64,000 nt of DNA from NCBI GenBank assembly GCA_965213705.1, contig OZ243913.1:3680001-3744000 (forward strand), written 5' to 3'. Position numbers and translations under genes: made by a program. The DNA comes from Trueperaceae bacterium (GTDB taxonomy: Bacteria > Deinococcota > Deinococci > Deinococcales > Trueperaceae). Positions 9,990 through 17,424 of this stretch are shown piece after piece. Every line of letters starts with the position of its first letter. Within the stretch, counting starts at the first letter, position 1. The notes under the pieces are model-generated. The model was not told where the DNA came from, ran no database searches, and saw only the letters and a list, made by a program, of their open reading frames with translations.

Positions 9990-10409
9990 ATGAAACGCAT
10001 TTTTTGCTTGCTGATGTTCGCAGCCTTCACCCTCGCCTTCGCCCACGACACCAAAATCGTCGGGCCCGAAGGCGGGACGCAGTACAAAGTGACGGTCGGC
10101 ATGTTGAACGAACCCGTGTTTTCCGAGGTGCGCACCGGCCTCGACCTGATAGTCCGCAACGCCGCCGACGACAGCCCGCTCGAGAACTTAGAAAACAGTT
10201 TGCAGGCAGAAATCACCGCCCCGAGCGGCGAAACCCGGACGCTTTCTATAAGCCCACAGTTCGGCAAGCCCGGCTATTACAAAGACGACTACATCTTGAC
10301 CCAGCCCGGCACCTACACCATCCGCATTTACGGCTTTATCAGCGACTTGGAGATAGACGAGTCCTACCCGCGCGAAGTCGGCGACGTGGCCGAGTTGCGC
10401 TTTCCTTAA
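9990..10409 (+). CDS. Exported Ig-like protein with mature N-terminal His
   Basis: AGGAG RBS; signal peptide AFA|HDTK; beta-rich with PGTYTIRIYG. Confidence 0.8.
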   Translation: MKRIFCLLMFAAFTLAFAHDTKIVGPEGGTQYKVTVGMLNEPVFSEVRTGLDLIVRNAADDSPLENLENSLQAEITAPSGETRTLSISPQFGKPGYYKDDYILTQPGTYTIRIYGFISDLEIDESYPREVGDVAELRFP

Positions 10410-10416
10410 AGAAATC

Positions 10417-11040
10417 ATGAACCTGCTACGCTCTTCACTCGCCGGCCTACTCCTTTTGGGGGCAGGCGCGGCCCTCGCCCACGCCGAACTCGAGACCGCC
10501 ACGCCCGCCCAAAACAGCACGGTCACCACCCTTCCCAGCGAGATAACCTTGACCTTCAGCGAAGCAGTCGAGGTTGGGTTCAGCCTCTTTAAGGTGTACA
10601 AGTTGGACGCGACGGTGCCGGCAGCAGAAACGACTGAAGAAACGACCCCGGCCGCAACCCAGGACGAAGACCACAGTGAGACCGGCGGAGAAACTGCCGA
10701 AGGTCACGCTGAAGACGATATGGAAAACAGCGCGGAAGGCGACGCGGAAGACCGTGACCAAGACGCTGCTGCCAACGCCGACGCCACACCGCCGACCCCC
10801 GAACAGCTCCGGCTCAACGGGCTGGCCGGGACGCTCGTGGCGCAGGTGCTGGAAACCAAAGGCGACGAGGCCGCCCGCGCCGACGCCGGTGTCGCCACCG
10901 AAGCCACGAGTAAGACCGTCACCCTCAACCTCAAGCCCGACCTTGCGCCCGGCACCTACGTGGTGATGTGGCGGGCGCTGTCGGTCGACACGCACAGCGA
11001 ACAGGGTTACTACGTCTTCACCTATCAGCCGACCCCATGA
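10417..11040 (+). CDS. copC: Copper resistance protein CopC with acidic insertion
   Basis: ALA|HAELETATPAQNS, ITLTFSE, GTYVVMWRALSVDTH (His1 plus DxH Cu site). Confidence 0.9.
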   Translation: MNLLRSSLAGLLLLGAGAALAHAELETATPAQNSTVTTLPSEITLTFSEAVEVGFSLFKVYKLDATVPAAETTEETTPAATQDEDHSETGGETAEGHAEDDMENSAEGDAEDRDQDAAANADATPPTPEQLRLNGLAGTLVAQVLETKGDEAARADAGVATEATSKTVTLNLKPDLAPGTYVVMWRALSVDTHSEQGYYVFTYQPTP

Positions 11041-11435
11041 GACGGACTTTTCTCCTCGCGCTCTCACTCGTTCTTCTTGCAGGCTGCCGCCCGAACTCTA
11101 ACGAGGCGGCGGACGGGGGGTCGGCGGCTCAAAGCACCCGCACGGTCAGCGCTGAATTTGTCGATGCCCCCAAGCTCGGCGAGGTGAGCGTGCGCGTCAC
11201 CGTTTTTGAAGACGGCGAGGCCGTGAACGACGCCCAGGTGAAGGTTACCGGCGACATGACCCACGCCGGCATGGCCCCGGTCGTGGCTGAAGCCGCGCCC
11301 CAGGGCGACGGCATCTACCTCAGTCAGGGGTTTGCCTTCAACATGGTCGGAGACTGGATTCTCACCGTCGAGGCCGTTTATCCTGATGGGGGCAAAGTCA
11401 CGAAAAACCTAGCCGCCGCCGTGCCCGCCGGGTAA
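11037..11435 (+). CDS. YtkA/FixH-like lipoprotein
   Basis: ATGA overlap with copC; lipobox LAGC; GDMTHAGM, GIY, FNMVGDW motifs. Confidence 0.85.
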   Translation: MRRTFLLALSLVLLAGCRPNSNEAADGGSAAQSTRTVSAEFVDAPKLGEVSVRVTVFEDGEAVNDAQVKVTGDMTHAGMAPVVAEAAPQGDGIYLSQGFAFNMVGDWILTVEAVYPDGGKVTKNLAAAVPAG

Positions 11436-12290
11436 ATGGACGCCGCCGTCAAGGGCTTGCTTTACCTGGGCGTCGTCTTGCTCGTGGGCGCGGGCGTGTT
11501 CGCGCGTTTCGTCGGGCCGGAGCTTGCAAAACTAGGCGGGACGCGGCGGTTTTTGTTTCTAGGCACGCTTTTGGGTGCGGGTCTGGTCGTCGGCGGGAGC
11601 GTGCTCAACGTCGTCATCACCTTGGTTAACGTCCTCGGCGGGTTCGACCCCGACTTTTTCTGGAAGTACGTCCAGACGACGAACCACGGACGCGCGACCC
11701 TCGTGCGGCTCGTTCTCGTCGGGGTGCTGTTGGGGTTGACCTGGCTAGCGAGGCTGCCCCGAGGTCTCAGCCACGCAGCCTTTCTCGTGACAAGTTTGGG
11801 CCTGCTCCTGAGTTTCAGCTTTGTCAGCCACAACGCGGCGATGGGCGGGACGCTGCCGCTGCTGGCCGACTTGGGCCACTTTGTCGGGGCGTGCGCGTGG
11901 GCGGGGGCGGTGCTCTACACCGCCTTCGCCCCGCGCTGGCACGCGGCGACCGCGCGGGGCGAACTGACCGCGGCGGTGGCGCGCGTCTCGAGCCTCGGTT
12001 TAACAAGCGTCGCTTTGCTTGTCCTAACCGGCATCTACGCGAGCCTTCTCCACATCGGTCAGCCAAGCGTGCTCGTCGAGACGGTTTACGGCCGGGTGCT
12101 GGCGGCGAAAGTCGTTTTGGTCTTGGTTATCCTCGCGATTGCCGCGGCGAACCGTTGGTACTTTTTACCCGCTCTCAGAAACAACCTGCCGAGCCGCGGT
12201 TTCGTGCGGGCTCTCAGGCTCGAGGCCCTCCTCCTCATCCTGGTTCTCGGCGCGACCGGAATACTCACCGCGAGCCCCATGCCGCACTGA
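11436..12290 (+). CDS. copD: CopD family copper transport membrane protein
   Basis: SHNAA, DLGHFVGACAWAGA, TVYGRVLAAKVVL, AAANRW; about 8 TM. Confidence 0.9.
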   Translation: MDAAVKGLLYLGVVLLVGAGVFARFVGPELAKLGGTRRFLFLGTLLGAGLVVGGSVLNVVITLVNVLGGFDPDFFWKYVQTTNHGRATLVRLVLVGVLLGLTWLARLPRGLSHAAFLVTSLGLLLSFSFVSHNAAMGGTLPLLADLGHFVGACAWAGAVLYTAFAPRWHAATARGELTAAVARVSSLGLTSVALLVLTGIYASLLHIGQPSVLVETVYGRVLAAKVVLVLVILAIAAANRWYFLPALRNNLPSRGFVRALRLEALLLILVLGATGILTASPMPH

Positions 12291-12358
12291 GACGGGCGCT
12301 TCGACCTCGGGACGTTTGCAACTTTCGGAAAAACGTTTAGGCGCTAAACTGAGGTGCG

Positions 12359-13933
12359 ATGGCCGACTTCGCTAAAAGAACCAAAACGTCGGGCGCGGTG
12401 ACGCTGCCCGTTTACAAACAAATCACGCCACAACCCAAGGGCTTCGACCTGTTCCGGCTGCCGGGCCTGCGCCGTTTCGTGCGCTGGAAGTACGCTCGAG
12501 CCGTGTTTCAAATCCCGCTGCTGGTGCTGGCGCTGTTCGTCATCGTCGACGGGTTGACGGGGCGACAACTCGCGCCGCGGAACGTGGCGACGACCGCCGT
12601 GTGGCTCCACTACCGCGGCCTGGTGGTACTGGCGCTGGCCCTCGTCGGCAACGCCTTTTGCGCCGCCTGCCCGCTGATGCTGACGCGGGGGCTGACGAGG
12701 CGGCTCGAGAACCTTCTACCGCACAAACTGGTTTGGCCGAAAGCGCTCAAGAACAAGTTTTTCGTCCTCGCACTGACCTTTTTTTACCTGTTCAGCTACG
12801 AATACTTCGACCTGTGGGCGAGTCCCTGGCTCACCGCTTGGCTGGCCGTCGGTTACTTCGGGGCGGCGTTGGCGGTGGACACCCTCTTCAAGGCGGGGAC
12901 GTTCTGCCGCTACGTGTGCCCGCTGGGGAACTTCAACTTCGTCTTTTCCTCGGCCTCGCCGACGCAAATCACCGCGGTCAACCACGACGTTTGCCGCGAG
13001 TGTGAACACAAGCCGTGCTTGCAAGGCCGCTATTCCGGTGAGGTGAAACCCGAACACTTACCCCTGCAGACGAACGGTTCCAAACAGGTCGCCTTTATTC
13101 CGACCAGCGACATCACCCACGCCAACGGCGCGGGCTTTTTTCCCGGTTGCGAGACCGAGCTGTTTGTGCCGACGGTGCAGTCGAACGTGGACTGCACCAA
13201 CTGCTTCAACTGCGTGCGCGCCTGCCCCTACGACAACGTGTCGCTCACCGTGCGGCGACCGGGTTGGGAGTGGACGCGGGCACCGTGGGAACGGCGGGGC
13301 CGTTTGGCGCTCACGCTGTTCGGCGTGCTGCTCACCTTTTGGGGGCTGCTCAACGCGGTGGGGATGATTGGGCCGTACTTCAGGATTGCGCAGGGGTTGG
13401 CGACGGCGCTCAACACCGAAAACGAAGGCGTCGTCCTGGGCGTGTTGTTCGTTGCCGCATCGCTGTTCGGGCTCGGCGTGACCCTGGCGCTGACCTCGCT
13501 CGCCGACCTGCTCGGGGGCGCGGTGGTCAAACCCTGGCGCGCGCTGCAACGTTGGGGCTACGTCGTCGTCGCGCTCGGCTTCGGGTTTTGGGGTTCGCAC
13601 TACCTGTTTCACTTCCTGACGGGCTCGCTCACCATCGTGCCGGTGTTTGAACACTTTTTCGCCTTCCGGGGCTTCGACGTCGACCCGAACTGGCGGCTGG
13701 CGCAGCTCGTGCCGTCCAACTGGCTGTTTCCGGTGACGGCGGGGATAACATTGTTGTACGCGGCGTTCGCCCTTTTCGTCACCTTCAGAATCGCCCTGCG
13801 CGACTTTGGGCGGCGCGGGGTGCTGGCGATGTGGCCCATAGCGCTGTTCGTCGTGGCGTTCGCGGTATTTTCGCTGTGGGTGCTGGGGCAACCGATGGAG
13901 ATGCGCGGGACGATTTTCGGGCCGACGTTTTGA
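12359..13933 (+). CDS. Polytopic 4Fe-4S binding membrane protein (NapH/CcoG/FesM-like)
   Basis: CAACP, CRYVCP, CRECEHKPC, CTNCFNCVRACP motifs; many TM segments. Confidence 0.88.
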   Translation: MADFAKRTKTSGAVTLPVYKQITPQPKGFDLFRLPGLRRFVRWKYARAVFQIPLLVLALFVIVDGLTGRQLAPRNVATTAVWLHYRGLVVLALALVGNAFCAACPLMLTRGLTRRLENLLPHKLVWPKALKNKFFVLALTFFYLFSYEYFDLWASPWLTAWLAVGYFGAALAVDTLFKAGTFCRYVCPLGNFNFVFSSASPTQITAVNHDVCRECEHKPCLQGRYSGEVKPEHLPLQTNGSKQVAFIPTSDITHANGAGFFPGCETELFVPTVQSNVDCTNCFNCVRACPYDNVSLTVRRPGWEWTRAPWERRGRLALTLFGVLLTFWGLLNAVGMIGPYFRIAQGLATALNTENEGVVLGVLFVAASLFGLGVTLALTSLADLLGGAVVKPWRALQRWGYVVVALGFGFWGSHYLFHFLTGSLTIVPVFEHFFAFRGFDVDPNWRLAQLVPSNWLFPVTAGITLLYAAFALFVTFRIALRDFGRRGVLAMWPIALFVVAFAVFSLWVLGQPMEMRGTIFGPTF

Positions 13934-13938
13934 GGAAT

Positions 13939-14649
13939 TTGACGCCGCTCCGCCCCGCCGTTAGACTCTTACGTGTGTTGACCCGCTCGAGCCTGCTCCT
14001 CTTACTTTTCACCTCTTTGTTCGCCGCCGCGCAAACCCCTCTCCCCGCCTGCCGCTACGACGACCTCGCCACTTCTCACACGGACTACGCGGACTGGCAA
14101 ACGACCTTGCTCGATACCCTCTACAGGGTTCCCGACGCCTATGTGCCGCCCGACCTGGTCTCGGCGGCTCAGGCCGGTCTCGGCGGGTCTTATCAAGTGC
14201 GCGCCCTCGTCGTCGACGATTTGCGAGCCTTGGTCACGGCGGCGGCGGCGGCGGGCGTGCCCGTGGAACTTCAGTCGGCCTACCGCAGCTACGACTACCA
14301 GACGCGCACGTTTGAATACTGGGTTTCCCAGGAGGGCCGAGACGCCGCGCTGACGAGCAGCGCTCGAGCCGGCCACAGCGAACATCAGCTCGGCACCGCC
14401 GTGGACTTTCGCAGCGCCGGCGGCCCCGCGCCCTGGGACCTGGACGACTGGGCGACGACCCCGCCGGGCGCGTGGCTGGCCGAAAACGCCTGGCACTACG
14501 GCTTCGTCATGAGTTACCCCAAGGGTAAAAAGGAGACAACCTGTTATATCTACGAACCGTGGCACTACCGTTACGTCGGGCGCGATGTGGCGAAGGCTGT
14601 CGAAGAAAGCGGTCTCGCCCTGCGCGAGTGGTTGTGGGGGCGTCAGTGA
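13939..14649 (+). CDS. D-Ala-D-Ala carboxypeptidase, M15B/VanY-like
   Basis: SAYRSYDYQ, SARAGHSEHQLGTAVD, YEPWHYRYVG; GAGGA before TTG; signal peptide. Confidence 0.92.
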   Translation: MTPLRPAVRLLRVLTRSSLLLLLFTSLFAAAQTPLPACRYDDLATSHTDYADWQTTLLDTLYRVPDAYVPPDLVSAAQAGLGGSYQVRALVVDDLRALVTAAAAAGVPVELQSAYRSYDYQTRTFEYWVSQEGRDAALTSSARAGHSEHQLGTAVDFRSAGGPAPWDLDDWATTPPGAWLAENAWHYGFVMSYPKGKKETTCYIYEPWHYRYVGRDVAKAVEESGLALREWLWGRQ

Positions 14650-15227
14650 AAACAGGACCGAGGGCCGAGGACCGAGGACCGAGTAAGTTCAAATGGCTGG
14701 GCTTTACGCTCGTCTTTTCAAGTTTGAGCCTGAGTTCGGCGGTCTTCGCCCACGCGACGATTGTGCTGGGCACGCTGACCACCGAGCCGAGTTCGCCCGT
14801 GGTGGGCCAACCCTTCACCTTGAACTTGTCGATGACCGACCCGACCGGGTTTCCCATCGAAGACGCCGTCGTCCTGGTGGAATTCGAGCGGCCCGGTGTA
14901 GACATGGTGAGTGCAGAATTCACCGAAACGAGCCCCGAAGGCACTTATGAAACCCGGGTTACTCTGTCCGAGCCGGGCGACTACACCCTGGTGCTGCGCG
15001 ACCAGACCTTTCGGCAAGAGGAGGCGCGGGTGAGCACCACGGTCAACTTGGGCCGAGGACCTCTTTTTCTTACCGGCGAAAACAGCGTCATCTTTCCGCC
15101 GACGGCGACCGCTTCGACGACCAGCCTGTGGAGTTGGCTCGTCTGGGTCATCGCGCTGCCCGTGGTGGCGGGCATCGTCGTGACGGTGCTGGTGTTGCGG
15201 AGTCCGCCTCGAGAAGAACCCGGTTAA
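14646..15227 (+). CDS. YtkA-like exported protein with mature N-terminal His and C-terminal TM anchor
   Basis: GTGA overlap; VFA|HATI; DPTGFPIEDA, EGTY, PGDYTL Ig-like motifs; C-terminal TM. Confidence 0.78.
   Translation: MKTGPRAEDRGPSKFKWLGFTLVFSSLSLSSAVFAHATIVLGTLTTEPSSPVVGQPFTLNLSMTDPTGFPIEDAVVLVEFERPGVDMVSAEFTETSPEGTYETRVTLSEPGDYTLVLRDQTFRQEEARVSTTVNLGRGPLFLTGENSVIFPPTATASTTSLWSWLVWVIALPVVAGIVVTVLVLRSPPREEPG
14656..14683. repeat. Heptamer tandem repeat G(A/G)CCGAG x4
   Basis: gaccgag ggccgag gaccgag gaccgag within the 5' end of the CDS. Confidence 0.8.
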
Positions 15228-16639
15228 AACTTTTCAGCCTCGAGCCGCATCACCCTCCACAACTCCGCCACGTCCTCGCATTCGGTCAGCAGCGCACCGA
15301 CGGAGACCCGCACCAGCCAGCGCCCCGCAACTTTGGCCGGGGTGAGGTAGGCCGCGCCGGAAGCGTTGATGCGCGCCACCCAAGCCTGGGTATGGGCGTC
15401 CGTCTCGTCGTCGCTCAAACCCGGCGGCTGATAGCGCACGCAAACGGTCTGCAGCGGTACGGGCGCGACACGTTCCCAATGGGGCGCGGCGTCGACCTGC
15501 CCGGCGAGCCACTGCGCGTTGTCCAAGTCGCGGCGCAAACGCGCGCGCAAACCCTCAGCCCCTTCCGAGCGGAGCAGCAACCACAGTTTGAGCGCCCGAA
15601 AACGCCGCCCCAGCGGAATGCCCCAGTCGCGGTAGTTTTTGACCGCGCCGTCGGCGGCAGTTTGTAAGTAGCTCGGGTTTGTGGACATCACGCCCCGGAG
15701 CTGTTCGGGGTCGCGGATGTAAAAGAGCGAAACGTCGAAGACCGCGCCGAGCCACTTGTGCGGGTTCAACACCAGCGAGTCGGCGTGTTCGACGCCCGCC
15801 CACAGATTGCGGCATTCGGGCAACAGCATCGCCGAACCCGCCATCGCGCCGTCGACGTGGAGCCACATGTCGTACTTCTCGGCGACGCGCGCCATCTCCC
15901 CTACCGGGTCCATCGCGGTCGTCGCGGTGGTGCCGGTCGTGGCGACGAGCGCGCAGGGTTTGCGGCCCGCGGCCAGGTCTCGTTCGACGGCCGCCTCGAG
16001 CGCCTCCACGTCCAACGCATAATCTTTGTCGGTGGCAACCGCGCGCACGTTGTCGCGCCCGAAGCCGGCCAACAGCGCGGCTTTTTCGATGGAGCTGTGG
16101 CTCTGCTCGGACACGTACACCGTGAGGGGCGCGGGCTCTGCCTGCAGGCCGCCCCGCGTGAGGCTGTAGCGTGAGGTTTTCTCCCGCGCGCAGAGCAGGG
16201 CGACGAGGCTCGAGGTCGAGGCGGTGTCCTGAATCACGCCCTCAAACGTGTCGGGCAACCCCAGCAGTTGCCGCAGCCAGTCGGTCATCACCTCTTCGAA
16301 CTCGGTCAAGGCCGGGCTCGACTGCCAACTGAGCCCGAGCTGGCCCAAGCCCGAACTGAGCAGGTCGCCCAACACCGACGACAGCTCCGCGTTGGCCGGA
16401 AAATAGCCGAAAAAGCGCGGGCTCTGCCAGTGGCTCAAACCCGGCATTACGAGCGTTTCCAAGTCGTTCACCAAACCGCTCAGGTCTTCGCCCTCTTCGG
16501 GCGGGTGCATGGGCAAAGAAGCGCGGATGTCCCCCGGCGCAACTTGCGCCATCACTGGAAACTCGGCGACGTTCGTGCGGTAGTCGGCGAGCCAGTCGAC
16601 AAGCTCGTGGCCGAGGCGGCGAAACTCTTCAGGTGTCAT
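15224..16639 (-). CDS. Aromatic-L-amino-acid decarboxylase (PLP, group II)
   Basis: [41 protein letters not shown] (PLP lysine), [11 protein letters not shown]. Confidence 0.94.
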   Translation of the reverse strand: MTPEEFRRLGHELVDWLADYRTNVAEFPVMAQVAPGDIRASLPMHPPEEGEDLSGLVNDLETLVMPGLSHWQSPRFFGYFPANAELSSVLGDLLSSGLGQLGLSWQSSPALTEFEEVMTDWLRQLLGLPDTFEGVIQDTASTSSLVALLCAREKTSRYSLTRGGLQAEPAPLTVYVSEQSHSSIEKAALLAGFGRDNVRAVATDKDYALDVEALEAAVERDLAAGRKPCALVATTGTTATTAMDPVGEMARVAEKYDMWLHVDGAMAGSAMLLPECRNLWAGVEHADSLVLNPHKWLGAVFDVSLFYIRDPEQLRGVMSTNPSYLQTAADGAVKNYRDWGIPLGRRFRALKLWLLLRSEGAEGLRARLRRDLDNAQWLAGQVDAAPHWERVAPVPLQTVCVRYQPPGLSDDETDAHTQAWVARINASGAAYLTPAKVAGRWLVRVSVGALLTECEDVAELWRVMRLEAEKF

Positions 16640-16659
16640 GCTGTATTGTAACGGGGCAG

Positions 16660-16770
16660 GGAAGTACCGAGGACCGAGTGGAAAGTACCGAGTAAAAATC
16701 CGGGTTCACCTTCTCTCGTTCCGCGGCTTTTCCACTTTCAACTCGGTACTAGATACTCGGTACTTTTCAC
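16660..16770. repeat. Inverted-repeat element built from GTACCGAG units
   Basis: GTGGAAAGTACCGAGT (16678-16693) pairs with ACTCGGTACTTTTCAC (16755-16770), 15/16; additional copies in each arm. Confidence 0.8.
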
Positions 16771-16817
16771 TTCGACCTGAGATAAATCCCTGTCATAAAA
16801 GCCCTCGAGAGGAACCC

Positions 16818-17405
16818 GTGTTCGCCATCCGTCCCTACCACGCCAGCGACTTACCCCAGCTTTACCGCATCTGCTTACGCACCGGCGACAGCGGCGCGGA
16901 CGCGACGGGTCTTTATGACGACCCCGACTTGCTCGGCCACTTTTACGCCGCGCCCTACGCGGTGCTCGAGCCCGACCTGTGCTTCGTCCTGACGTTTGCC
17001 GGCGCACCCGTCGGCTACATCCTCGGCACCGCCGACTCTCAAAATTTTCGGCACCGAACCGAAGCCGAGTGGTTCCCGGTGCTGCGCGCGCGCTACGCTT
17101 CACCCCCGGAGAACGAGCGCGACGCTAGCCTGGTTCGCCTCGTCCACCAGGGCTACCGGCCGCCCGAGAATCTGGACGGCTACCCCGCCCACCTCCACAT
17201 CGACCTGCTGCCCGAGGCGCAGGGCCGGGGGTGGGGCGGCAAGCTGATGGAGAGGTTTCTCGACGCGCTGCGGGCTAAAGGCGTGCCCGGCGTCCACCTC
17301 GGCGTGGGCAAGCGCAACGCCAAGGCCGTCGGTTTTTACGAGCGTGTAGGGTTTGAGAAGCTGCTTGACGCCGAGAACTGGCTCGCTCTCGGTAAAAAGC
17401 TGTGA
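16818..17405 (+). CDS. GNAT N-acetyltransferase
   Basis: [50 protein letters not shown]. Confidence 0.92.
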   Translation: MFAIRPYHASDLPQLYRICLRTGDSGADATGLYDDPDLLGHFYAAPYAVLEPDLCFVLTFAGAPVGYILGTADSQNFRHRTEAEWFPVLRARYASPPENERDASLVRLVHQGYRPPENLDGYPAHLHIDLLPEAQGRGWGGKLMERFLDALRAKGVPGVHLGVGKRNAKAVGFYERVGFEKLLDAENWLALGKKL

Positions 17406-17424
17406 GGTTTGTTGACGGGCTTGT

